From: Tubiluchus corallicola
Lineage: Eukaryota > Animalia > Priapulida
Reading direction: 5' to 3'
NCBI GenBank assembly: GCA_030141605.1
Contig: JAQGDQ010000190.1
Span: forward strand, 248,001-312,000
Length of the DNA stretch: 64,000 nucleotides
This document shows positions 1 through 11,716 of this stretch, in pieces. The first letter of the stretch is position 1, and each line of letters starts with the position of its first letter. The notes under the pieces are model-generated. The model was not told where the DNA came from and did no database searches. It saw nothing but the letters and a program-made list of their open reading frames with translations. Made by a program: the position numbers and the translations under genes.

Positions 1-431
1 ATCAGAAAAGCGCAAAAACAGACAAGTAAAATAAGGTAAGAAACAGCGTTCAAGTGTCGTAGAGCATGTAGTATAGCTTTTGTGGAAAAAACAGTGGTCG
101 TTTTGTCGTGTCCTAGATAAAACTCTACAAGAAACCAATGTCGTACTGAGCATGCGCAATTTCAGAATTAGTTCAGGCAACTTTCACTCTTTATCTAAAC
201 ATAAACCTGGTAACAACTGTTACTATATAATTTTTATGGTTATATAAACTAAGCTTATGGGATTTCTGCAGCTGTATGTTTCGTAATCATAAAATTATCT
301 CATTTGAGAGCTACATTTTACTGTTTGCATGTCAACACTGCCTAATAGGCTTGGGTATATATAGGCTTATGGAAGGCAAGAGCCAACTGGATCAAAGCAG
401 ACAAGTAACTTAGGCCAGTGTTCCACTCACC

Positions 432-483
432 ATGGAAACTGTGATCATAATTTTGGGCTGTTTCTTCATTTGCTTATCTATAG
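432..483 (+). CDS. Exon 1 of EGF-ApeC gene (signal peptide)
   Basis: CACCATGG start and METVIIILGCFFICLSI(G). The donor G|GTATAG is phase 1 and matches the acceptor TTTTAG| at 655/656. Confidence 0.75.
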
Positions 484-3400
484 GTATAGTATCTTGTTCG
501 TTGCAAATTTCGAATAGCAAGCTAGAAAAATTGTGATACCGATCTTAAAAAACATATTGCCACGAGAAATTGATGTTTAGGCACATAATTAACTCGGTAT
601 TGGCAAATATAACATTGTCTTATGTGTAATTTTGATCAACACTTTTTTCTTTTAGGTTGCAGTGACAAAAAATGTCAAAATGGAGCAACTTGCATAGGAT
701 CTGACACAAATTATTTTTGCAAGTGTGCTGAAGGTTTTGTAGGTACCCATTGTCAAAATGTTAACCCATGCTACAACAACCCGTGCTTACCAAATGGAGA
801 TTGCATAGTTCCAAATCCTGATGACACACAGGTTCCCATACCTCACCTATGCGTTTGCTACGAAGGATGGTCTGGCACAAACTGCAATGTGTGTAATCCC
901 TGTACACTAGGTCTGAACTTGTGTGGTGATTATGGTACATGCAATCTGGCGCCAGAAGGCCAAGATTGTGAAATAGAGTGCACATGCCATGATGGCTGGG
1001 TGGGTGAATATTGCAACATTGAAAATCCCTGCACTGATCAGGAAGTATGTAATGGCGGAGGAGACTGCACGCCAAATACTGAAAATCCATCACAACCTGA
1101 TTGTCATTGTTTTGAGGGTTATCTTGGCCAGCACTGTTTGCCAGATCCATGCTATGGAGATGCTAATCCGTGTGGCAGCAATGGTGTATGTCTCCCCGAC
1201 GACCTGGAAAATCCCAGCTATGCTGTGTGTGAATGCGAAGCAGGATGGATAGGACAGCACTGTGAATTTTTAGATCCTTGTTTTGATGAAATGGCCTGCA
1301 ACAACAATGGAATTTGCACGCCCGATGTGGATGACCCAACGAAGCCTGTCTGTGACTGTAATGCAGGTTACATGGGATTAACATGCTTACCCGATCCATG
1401 TTACGAAGACAGAAATCCCTGTGGTCCATTTGGTCAATGTTATCCAAATGACTATGATTACCCTACACAGTCAGAATGCATATGTGATCTGGGCTGGCTA
1501 GGGGAACACTGTGATGTGCAGAATCCATGCTATGGCACTGCCAATCCATGTGCAAATGGTATATGCCATTTTGATCCTGAGAGTCCAGAGGACGTTTTCT
1601 GTACTTGTTATAGTGGTTGGATAGGAGAGTATTGTGACACAGTAAATCCCTGTTATGGAGATCCATGCGAAAATGGGCAATGTACTTATGATGAAGAAGA
1701 CCTTGACAATGCTTACTGCACGTGTGAAGTAGGTTGGATAGGCGAATATTGCCAAATTCTTGACCCTTGTTATGAAGACGCTAATCCATGCGTGCACGGG
1801 TCCTGTAGTTATGATCCCTATGACATCTCCCAAGCTGTCTGCACATGTGATAGTGGATGGGGTGGCGTACATTGCAACAGAGGTACAGTGATTTTTGCTA
1901 AATGTTATTCATACAACTCTTCTCAGCACAAAAACTGCTTCCAGTGCCGCTAATGTTAGTTAGATATTACAATAGCTTACAGACTTGGCAGGTCTTTGGA
2001 AGGACGTTTTTTGCAGCAACATATTCAACTCATAAGAAATGAAAATTGTGAGTTGATTCATTAGGCTGTACAAAATCAGTTGAGATTATAGGGCTCAATT
2101 TTGTTACAGTTCAGTGTTCACCTGGTTATTACAGTATGGATGGGACTGAACCTTGTGACCAATGTCCTCTGAACACCTACCAATCAAATTCCGCATCAAT
2201 TATATGCATTGAATGTGAAGAAGGAAAAATAACTGAAGATGTTGGGAGTACTAGTCCAGACGATTGTGTAGGTAAGTTAAGCAAAATCCATAATCTAAAT
2301 ATTCTAAGGTATGGAACAGCAAATCAGTCTCTTGAGCTATACAAAGAAATAAGGGAATGATTTTCAAAATCTACAGATGCAAACATTCACGTTAAATCGC
2401 ATATAAACTTTGAATTACAGATCCCCCATTATGGCCCAGAGGATACTACGGGTTGCCTATGCCAGATGTGGGTTGTCCCAAAAGTTTCAATCAAAAATTC
2501 ACTTGGCAAACAGGTACACGACACCAGGACACAGAGAGAGGAAATGAATGGAGTTTACCGCTTCACTTTCCACCGAGATATGGTAAGTTATGTCTAATCT
2601 TTCAATGCCAAAATGATTTAGACCCTCAGAACAACCATTAATAATGTTTATATTAAACATTATAAAACAAGTATTATATAACATTAGACATTATAAGGCC
2701 TAGATATAAAAACCCTATAATGTGCACTATCAATATTTTAGCACTTGACAGCGTTGACCAACATTTTTGCATGAAGAATGTGTACAGTGAACAAGGTGAT
2801 AATGAATGGGAGGAAGGAAAATACTGTCTGTTCAAAGCTGACAATGAAATTTGTCCATCAGGGTTTAATGAGGGATACATCAAATGGGACGACAGACTAA
2901 TGTTTAACCAGAACAGTCTAACAGGTAAGAACGACAAATGGATGGTGCACCAGCACACTTTTTGTTGGAGGGTTGGCATTGTAATTTGTCACTTCTATTT
3001 GCGCAACTTAAACATGATTTATATAGGCGCTGTAAGCAACGTGCTACAATGGCACAATCTAGAGTTAATAATTTTAATAAGAAGCGGTCGACTCATAGCG
3101 TATACATGTTGCATAAATTTCATACATTCTTTTAAGGACTTCACAGCACAATTTGAATCATCGTTAATAATATTTCTCATGATTAAGGTTCGTACCCGGA
3201 AGGTAAATACGGGATGAATACAGAAATTCATTTCTGCTGCCGAGTAAACGGTTATGCTAACGAAGCCATCAGTTTGCCCAACAATGCGCCATTTTACTTG
3301 TTGCAGTACGGAGATGACTGCCAGAAGGTAGTTCACTTTAGTTCATATTAGCATAGCCCATATATACGGAATTATGAATGCGTATTAGCATAAGAATATA

Positions 3401-4429
3401 CAAGACTCTATCTATTAAACAGAACTGCATAATGTAGGACTAATTTAGATTGCATGTATAATTGTAGCAATATATCGTGCGACCATTATTATATGCACTT
3501 TGACCTATTTTAATAAGTGTTAACTTCAAGCAGCTAACCATGGTTAGTATGTACAGGGTAAGTCGAGAAGTTACTCAGTTATTACTGACCTCCTTGCACG
3601 GAAAACAGCCAAAAGAAAACAAACAAAAACCCGAAGAACAGCGTGTAATTTTGAAAAAAGAACAGTTGTTATAAAGAGCAGTTGTTTTAGTATTTGATGT
3701 TGACACCACTTGTAGGTGGCGATTAATCGGACGGGGGCTACAATATAATGCTGAATTTTCTCAAAGAGGTCTCACGACTAATTTGTTGAATTTCTTCAAC
3801 AACTTAATTGATTTTGCTGGAGATAAAAATTGAAAAGAAAGGGAATAATATATCATAATGTCAAAAATAGTAAGAAGTATTAAACAGACGTTTATATCTA
3901 TTTGTGACAACTTTTAAGTCTAAAGGATCTATCATTTTGACATCTTGTTCATACCTATAGTAGTATATAAACTTTATTTATTATGAGCGGATTTAAATGC
4001 GGTACAATACCATTACTGATCACAGTATATCCACTATGAGTGGTGTTGAAAATATGGTACATTTTAGATAAGGACAGATATATACAATTAGTTAGTTCGA
4101 GAATATAATTACACAAATTGTTAGTTCAAAAATACGAGTAGTTCATTAGTTAATACTTATCTGAAATATAGACCTATAGTCTCCTTTTTGCCTATAGTAG
4201 TGTGTTTGTCAATTTCGCGTTAAAATAACGGATAAAATTTTTGCTTTGTCTAATGACGTTGTCCGATAATGATATTTTACAGGTAAAAGGCATGACCTCC
4301 ATAAAGGAATGGTTTTTCTGGGACTGTAATAAGTGGCCTCCAACTGTCACCTCTTCATCTGGTTGGGTTCCAAAATCTACAGTCGGACGAGATGTGAAGC
4401 TTCATTATTGTTACTACGCACCAGCTTAA
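432..4429 (+). CDS. Secreted EGF-repeat / ephrin-receptor-like / apextrin C-terminal (ApeC) domain protein, 7 exons, 690 aa
   Basis: Exons 432-483, 656-1882, 2110-2271, 2421-2582, 2742-2924, 3188-3327 and 4283-4429, all joined by GT..AG introns (phases 1,1,1,1,1,0). They total 2073 nt, one open frame ending in TAA at 4427-4429. The ATG is in a CACCATGG context and the N-terminus METVIIILGCFFICLSIG is hydrophobic. Confidence 0.9.
656..1882 (+). CDS. Exon 2 of EGF-ApeC gene: 10 tandem EGF-like repeats
   Basis: Lies within ORF 622-1953. Ten units of (N/D)PC..C..G.C..CxC..G(W/Y/F).G..C. Acceptor ttttttcttttag|, donor AG|GTACAG. Confidence 0.93.
2110..2271 (+). CDS. Exon 3: ephrin-receptor-like (GCC2/GCC3-type) Cys-rich module
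   Basis: VQCSPGYYSMDGTEPCDQCPLNTYQSNSASIICIECEEGKITEDVGSTSPDDCV fits the C.PG.YS.DG.EPC..CP.NTYQ..C..C..T..GSTS..DC pattern. Boundaries ttacag| and G|GTAAGT. Confidence 0.88.
2421..2582 (+). CDS. Exon 4: start of ApeC domain
   Basis: WPRGYYGLPMPDVGCP...WQTGTRHQDTE matches the ApeC opening motif WP.G.YGLP.P..GCP..W..G.R.QDTE. Boundaries ttacag| and G|GTAAGT. Confidence 0.88.
2742..2924 (+). CDS. Exon 5: ApeC domain
   Basis: QHFCMK...WEEGKYCLFK...CPSGFNEGYIKWDD. Boundaries ttttag| and G|GTAAGA. Confidence 0.88.
3188..3327 (+). CDS. Exon 6: ApeC domain (not in ORF track)
   Basis: My translation is GSYPEGKYGMNTEIHFCCRVNGYANEAISLPNNAPFYLLQYGDDCQK, which has the ApeC FCCR.xG..I.LP..PFYL..CQ.V motif. 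Boundaries ttaag| and AAG|GTAGTT. Confidence 0.87.
4283..4429 (+). CDS. Exon 7: ApeC C-terminus and stop
   Basis: VKGMTSIKEWFFWDC...LHYCYYAPA*, with the ApeC terminal YCYY motif. Acceptor ttttacag| is phase 0. Confidence 0.88.
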   Translation, partial: VKGMTSIKEWFFWDCNKWPPTVTSSSGWVPKSTVGRDVKLHYCYYAPA

Positions 4430-6468
4430 GATGCCAGCAAAGCGGCTATAATTTCTGAGATTTCATGAAGTCATCTTGCGCAAAAAGCTTGCATTCAGAA
4501 CGATTAACACTTAACATACCAGCATTGTGCTTCACTTAATTAAATATGTTAATCAATCACTATGATGTCCTTCTAGATTTAGAATTTACATTCTTAAGGA
4601 CGTGCTTGACTAAATGGCGGTGTTCATAACATGTCATTAACTAATTTTTCCTTAAAACAACAGCATTAAATCAAAATATTTAGCTGTCATAGACTACCAT
4701 ACTCTTTCCACTTTTGACAGAATGTGAGAAGTTTTTGTACACTGCAATTTAATTTGTAAGGGGGTTCATATTATGAAATCTCAAATCGTCGTCAGGTCCA
4801 TTAACAACGCCTGGTCATTTTGTAATTTTTCTGCAACATTAATCATAAATTTATTCAAAACATGCCAAACTGTTTTATTCGCTGATTTTATTTGTAGGAC
4901 TTTATTACACCGTGGCATTGTGAGATATTTCACCACACAACCTTTGAGTGGTACGTCAGCAAACGCCTTGAACATGCCTGAACCTTTGAGCAGCGCGTTA
5001 GTAAGGCACGAAAATCGTTCAAACCTCGCAGCTGCAGCAGTTATTTCGTTTTTCTAGCTTGGGGGCAGATTTCTTTTATCTGCAGTCTACTGTTGAAAGG
5101 GATTAGGCGGGTAATTTGCCTGCTTGATGCTAGAAGACGTATAAAGCGCAACAAATGATGGCGACGAGGACGATGACGGTGATTATGAAAAGTGGGTTCA
5201 TTACGGCCTTGCGTGAAATTGCTCCTGTATCAATAGCAAAAATACTGCACAAAATAAACGCGAGACAAAACATAAAAAACACAAAATATGAAATCAGTAC
5301 TTCTACAAAATCTGTTTTAAAATTAATAACAAATTAATAATACTAAGCTGTACTTTACATTGAAATTTAGGGCGAAATCACTCTTTAGCTACAAAATAGT
5401 TGAAATTTCAAGATAAGTACAGGCTGCTTTGTAATAAAGGACATCGACCAATCTACATGCAAAACAATAACGTGGATTTGAGTTATCCACTTTGTAGAAG
5501 TGCCCTCTGAGACTATTGAGCGGCAGAACGTGAGTTAGATAATTTAGCGCCTGTAGTCGTAAATTGAAAGAAGCCAGCACATGTATGTGTATGAGCCAAC
5601 TGGTGCATGCGGCAAACGTGTGGATAATGGACAAGAAAATGTAAAAATATTGATCTTCAATAACAAAGTGAACGTTTATTGCTAATTCAGGATAAAGACC
5701 TGCCTGGTGCTTTAAAGAAAATTTGACGCAAAGTGAGCAAGACAGTTCAAAAATACACCCTTTGCAAAATGTGTGCATGATAACGGAGAGCATAATACTT
5801 ATTAACAAGGATTACTTCCTGTAATAAAATTTAACACACTGTGTGGCTGTTCTTTCTAACGTTCCTGTGAACGTTAAAGCTAAAGGATTAGAAAATAAAA
5901 ATTATATGCCGATGCTAAATAAATATCATTGTATATTGCAACAAGAATTTATTAAGATCATTCTAATACCACAGGCTTGATTATTGAACACGTGGCAAGT
6001 TGAATCACGTCAATTTAGGAAGCAGTCAAAAGACAACTAAACTTTTTCAAAGAAAATCACTAGCAGTTGTTTGGAATGTGTTAATCCGCCACGATAAACA
6101 TCACAGCGATTACGGTGTACATGCAATAAAGCTTTTCAACACACGCATTGCCTTAGGGTAACTTTCATGTAGTTCACGCTACAATGAGGATGTTGAAAGC
6201 TCACCGTAACCATCAATGATGTCGTATTAAAGCATTGTTTTTTAAAGTGCCGCCTTTAGGACCCACATAACAGAAAATTGAAAAATGATCGTCGCACACC
6301 TAATTTGGAGTTAAAAATTATTTGATAGTGTACTGCAATACGACTCTAATGGTATCTCTAATCGTAGGTAATGCATACGAATAGTAGAAAGGCGCTTCGT
6401 AACAATAAAATCAAATGGTATATTAATATGCCTACATATGACACGCCAGAAGTTACCGCAATCACGCT

Positions 6469-7856
6469 TAGGGGTATTCGAGGTTCTGGATGGGGATCAA
6501 TAGTTCGGAATCAGGGTTCGAGACGCTAACTGGGTTCGAGATCGAATTTGTCAGGGTTCCGGATGAAGTCGTCGGGTCGGAGTTCTCGACCCCGAATATA
6601 ATTATCAGTAAATGAGATAAAAAATTACGAAATTATTTCATTCTCTCGTTCACTTCTTCAATTTTAGCTCTAACCTATTAATATTTCGATGATTGTGACA
6701 TGGCGTTCACCTAGCGGCGATAGTTTCAAATGGTTTGATCTACAAGCTGCAGCTAGACCTATTTGCTAAGCAAACTTAATGCACTAACGGTAATCTTGTT
6801 TGCTATGAAGTCAAAATAATTGTACTGTTAAAAAGAATTATGCATATGCATAAGGAGTTATTATTGACTAACTCGCTGACTGATTAGTTGTTTCGGCGGA
6901 TGTTAGATGGGAAAGATATTTTAAGTTTAAAACGCAGATGGTATAAATCAAGTTACTTCAAAACAGTTCAATAAACCATTTACTTACAGAGCCGATGTTT
7001 GGAAAATAATGTGGTCTATTTTGATGTATTACGTAGAAAAGCTATAATTATATAGTTTTAGGTGTAAATTCGTAAACGGCGGTAATCGTGTTATTAGTCA
7101 AATTGGGTGGTGATGAGAACCTGACCTGACCTGTTCGGCATAACATCAAACTACGCTGATACTGCTATTTGTAATGCTACATTACAAACAATTACTTGCT
7201 AATGCTTACATGCCATTGCTTGCACTTTTCATTAGTTTTACTTTTTCTTTACTTATTTTAAGTTTTCTATTACTTAATTATTTTAGTTTAATATATGCAT
7301 GCTTTCTTTGTATATATGCTTTTTATGAACTTTGTACCTGGTTTAAAGAATAAAATAAAGTTACGAATACACTAATAGCAGTGAGACAAAAATCACGTAA
7401 AAACAATAAAGGCCCCAACTTTTATATGTTTTCCAGATTATTCTTCCAACATTATTTACAAATTACACCAACCCTGGGTGTGAGTCCCCGTGCGACCACC
7501 AAAATAAATTAGTCACATTCATTAATAGCTGCAGTTCTCTGTATGTGTCACCAATGAGTAATTCATGCGTTGACTTTAAATTATTAACAAGACGTTTTAA
7601 AGAGTAACGGAACATTGGTAATCACGCCATACAGCTATAATCAATAAAATCTCAATAAAAATATTTTATCACAAAATTTAAGCTACAAAGAGCACGAATA
7701 ACTTGGTAAAGGGCTCATTACTCTTGATAAGCCTCAAAACCAGAAGTACTTTTACAATTATTATAAACTTTTAAACTTCGGGGTCGGGTTTCGGAACAGA
7801 ACCGAATGTTTGGGAACGTGGTTCGGGATTTGAAAAAAGTTCCCCGAACACCACTA
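6469..7856. mobile_element. Degenerate non-autonomous hAT-like DNA transposon (~1.4 kb)
   Basis: Termini TAGGGGTATTCGAGG and CCCCGAACACCACTA match 12/15 as inverted repeats. Both ends carry clusters of GGTTCG/TTCGG subterminal motifs (6476-6597, 7777-7850). No TSD is visible. Confidence 0.55.
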
Positions 7857-8420
7857 ATAGATAAAAGATAGATAAAACCTTTATTTGCCAATTAAAATTT
7901 TTGTATAAGAAATGTATATTGCGTAAGGGAGGCAGCATACCAGTCAATCATATACAGAGTATGCAACAGAATATTGGGAATAGCGTCATCAACAACAAAT
8001 AGAATGAAAAAAGAACTACGAACAACAAGTAAAGAGAATCTATTATTTTACTCAACATTATAAAATTACTCGTAATTAATAAAACTTCAAAACACAGGTT
8101 ATGTACAAAATTTACATATTTACAAAATTAAAAGAATACTAAAATGATGAATATAATAAAATTAGTTACTTTCATTATGCATAAAAATTAGCAATATTCT
8201 ATATCATAATTATGATGTCATAGATTACAGATCATGTCTATTTTTAAGCGTTTCGGGCTATTAAATTCACGGTCGTGGAAAAATATAAGAATTGTCAGCA
8301 GGCCTAACAAAATCATGTCTATTTTGGGTAAAAGAAATATGCTTGCAAGATTATGTACTGTAAGCTTGGATAAACTCATTAGTAATTAACTAATTAAACA
8401 AGCAATACGACATTTTGCTG
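7857..8420 (-). mobile_element. Decayed LINE 3' end
   Basis: The minus strand ends in TGGCAAATAAA plus a short GATA-type tail, preceded by a T-rich UTR-like tract. The same TGGCAAATAAA end recurs at ~36624 on the plus strand. Confidence 0.3.
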
Positions 8421-11047
8421 TTAACTTGAGCAAAAATGACGACATTTTATATAGATGAGATAGACCTGCAGAATGATATTCCAAGCCCTGCATGCAGCGG
8501 TGCGGTGTGCTGACAGTGCGCCCAACGGAGGCGTCTGGTGCGGCTTGTTACCGACCCACCTCTCTACTGACAAAACTGAGGAAACAGACAAAGACATGGC
8601 ACTCACTTCAGATTCATCGTGCGTAAGGGAGACTGCTATTGAGCACAACACGCGACTAAGTAGATCAGTGGTAATTGAATAGGCTGGCAATAATGAGTGC
8701 AAATTGCACAATAAATCAAGCTTCATAGGACTAGCTCTTCAGCTCAGAACATTTGCGCATGCGTAGCTTAATACAAGCGATGTAATTAATTCGAACAAAT
8801 CCGGATTTAAACGTGGCTTGAAATGATTCACAAGCACTCAAGCAGGTACAAAACAACGAGTAGTGAAATAACATTAAAACTAAACAGCATATGGAAATGA
8901 ACGACCTTAAGAGTGAAAATCAAAATGGAGAATGGCCGTCATTATGTGCATTACTATGCAACCACTCATGGTCCATGGCTACTTATTATGATCCGCCCAA
9001 AGTAAAATGCTTGTTAAAAGCTTGAAATGTTTAGTCTATTTAGTCGGCTAGACTTGACTATATGCAGAGTTTTCTGACTTCTGCAATGAGTATTTCGCCT
9101 CTGGGCTAAATGCAAGCTTACGCCTCTACACCATGCTCAATAAACTGCACAAGCTATATGTTGAGGAAAACCGATTCTTGCAGAGGATTTTGACGGGTGT
9201 TTCAATTATATTCAGATTTTTCTTCATCAAAGAATATTATTCTTTGTGAGCTGAACAGACAAAAGAATTCATGAAGAAGCTGTTACACGGTATAAAACAA
9301 AGTGAGAGAACAGACAAATGTAAAATTAATAGGCGTAACATCGCGTACAATGCATAAAAAATGAAGTACGTTATTAGAATTAATGGCAGGAAGTTACAAA
9401 TGCATTTTTGTGGCAATGCTGAACTACTCCTAGTTTACTCCTACTTACAAAGAAAAAACCTAAAAAAATGTGTAACGAATTCTCTGAAATACGATTTTAA
9501 ACATCGAATGCAGTTTACAGTTTACAATTAAGATTATAGAGAATAATCAGAATACTAACACCTCTCAAGAGGTTAATAAAAATGCCCAATGCAATTTGAA
9601 TAAAGACACTGAATAATTAATTAACTACGTACAATTGCACGTTGTTGTTTCAGTACTTGAGCCGTTATATTTCTTAGCAATAAAACTTGCCTTGTTTTTT
9701 TATTTTGGCACAACGCTTGTTGATAGTTCAATAAATTAATTTGCTTATTAATTTTATAAGGCCTTTGGAGTTGTTTGCAGTTGCTTTTGCTTTTTACTTT
9801 TTATAATAATTGTTGTAATTTTTGGTCGTTTATAATAATTCCTATTCGAACTAATGTTTTCTGCAGTTCAAAATCGACTTTAAAAAAATATGCTTACTTA
9901 CTAACCTATGACGGCTTGCGTTACGTGTAAGAATATGTTAATAACTAAATATGCGAACGAAAACTGCAAAAGGAATCATACGCCACAAGTCCTACACGTA
10001 GGTGTTTCTAAAATCGCGATTTTGCAAACGCCACTGCGGAGGTTCGAGGACCTCACGCACATTAATACAAAATAAGCGATTATTAGACATGATCATTCAA
10101 TAAGTTTTTACACCGTAATGGCTGATGTACATAATATAAGCATGCTGCGCACGAACCGATTTAATTAGTTAATGGCAGGAAATTCGTGAAATAAATTTCC
10201 TACTCTGCCAGCCATTTCAACATTTTACCATCAAGTCCCCCAAGACGACTGTAAAACGGTGAACATTATACGTGAAACGAATGAGAAAATCTCTTTTTAT
10301 TAGCATCGGGTTTTATGTCAGCTGGATTCATTGGTGCATATAGACTTTTACAACCGTCGATGTAGTAGAATAATACACTGCAAAATACATTAGGCTGGGC
10401 AATCTGCAAATTACTATATAAAACCCTGAATCTCTAATATACGAGGCTAGATCTATAGCTTATATAGGCCTACACACACCCTACTATGTAGTTAATTTCC
10501 GAAGGCTCTTCCAAATCCTTTTCTCAGCCTACACTGCACTGTTATATTGCAATGCTAATGGATAAATAAATAAATAAATCTATCTAAGTCTAAATCATTC
10601 TTTCAACATGCCGAAGAATTAATTGAACAGCAGCGAAAAGAGGACCCCAATGCCTAACACGATTACATTTACAACTTGGACTCAATAACAACAGTAATAA
10701 GCACAGAAGAATTCCCTGACAACGCGGCGCACCGGTAATTAGGTTAAGAGCGGAACCTCATTCGACCGTCAGTCTAATTTAGAGCTCTTAGCGTAGATCG
10801 ATTCGTGATTTGGAGCTCACTCTACGAAGTAGCATGACTAGCATCTCATTGTCCGAAAAGGAGGTAGATGTTCCATGTAAGAACGTCACGAAATATTGGA
10901 AAACTTTTTCAGCTGTATTAACATGCCACATGGAACACCCACAAAGGGCTTACACGGGTTTGAGGCATTTCCTTTAAGCGCCTCACGTGCGTTCATCAGT
11001 ACAGCACGCCTTATCACTGCACCAGTATCACAGTCACCAGACATCAA

Positions 11048-11150
11048 CTGCCAAATTGACCCCACTGCCAAACCTGCCACGCCAAACTCGCCAAATGTGC
11101 CATACCGCCAAACCTGCTAAATTTGTCATACCCCGAAACTGCCAAAACTA
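11048..11150. repeat. Array of short GCCAAA motifs
   Basis: Six exact GCCAAA (11050, 11067, 11081, 11090, 11107, 11141) plus variants in ~100 bp. Confidence 0.6.
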
Positions 11151-11645
11151 CTTCTGTAAAAAAGTGACTGTACGAGTTAGCTCCCATGTAAGCCAATTGT
11201 GGATTTTCCACGTACCATGTTAATACAATACAAAGTTTTACAACATTTTATGACCCCCCTCTTAGTTACTCTTACATAGAACATCTACGGAAAAGGAAGA
11301 GCGTTTACAATCTCGACAGGGTTGCGTATCGTCTATTTACAAAAGTTAGCCAACGCTAACTGTTACAAATCAGTATACCGACAGATTATCTAAAAACAAA
11401 TTGAAAAATAAGAGGCCCACGCCATAGCTTCTTTATTACAAGGTTCGTGAATTGCATTCACATATCCTCTTATCAAGAAAAGCCTCTGTTGTAGGCATAC
11501 ATACGTGTTTGGCAAGCTCTTCTAGCCAGGCCGACTTTAACAATTGCACAATGCCACCAAGCATGCATGAAATTGGTAAACACTTTTGTCACATAAATTT
11601 TAATGCTTTCACTGAAGGTTCATGTCTAGTAATAGACCTACTTAC

Positions 11646-11716
11646 CATGCGAAAATCTTCTATGGAGCAAATGAAATATGGCTGGTCTGCTCTTTGACTA
11701 TCCAAGAACACGCAGT
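11646..11716 (-). CDS. RERE: RERE/atrophin coding exon 2 (start of BAH domain)
   Basis: The minus strand reads ttttattttcag|AC TGC GTG TTC TTG GAT...CGC ATG|gtaagt, giving (D)CVFLDSQRADQPYFICSIEDFRM. This matches vertebrate RERE [24 protein letters not shown], and its phase fits exon 1. Confidence 0.9.

Noticed and set aside
761-1872. Antisense and alternate-frame ORFs over the EGF exon
   Set aside because: Shadow ORFs of a repetitive coding exon with no recognisable motifs.
622-1953. ORF 622-1953 as a standalone 443-aa Notch/fibropellin-like gene
   Set aside because: Both ends run into introns (acceptor at 655, donor at 1883). It is exon 2 of the ApeC gene and has no Notch LNR, ankyrin or TM parts.
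10745-10775. Minus-strand RSNEVP as a candidate RERE exon 3 (RQSEVP)
   Set aside because: It is flanked by in-frame stops and lacks the KWYY and QDR context and any splice sites.
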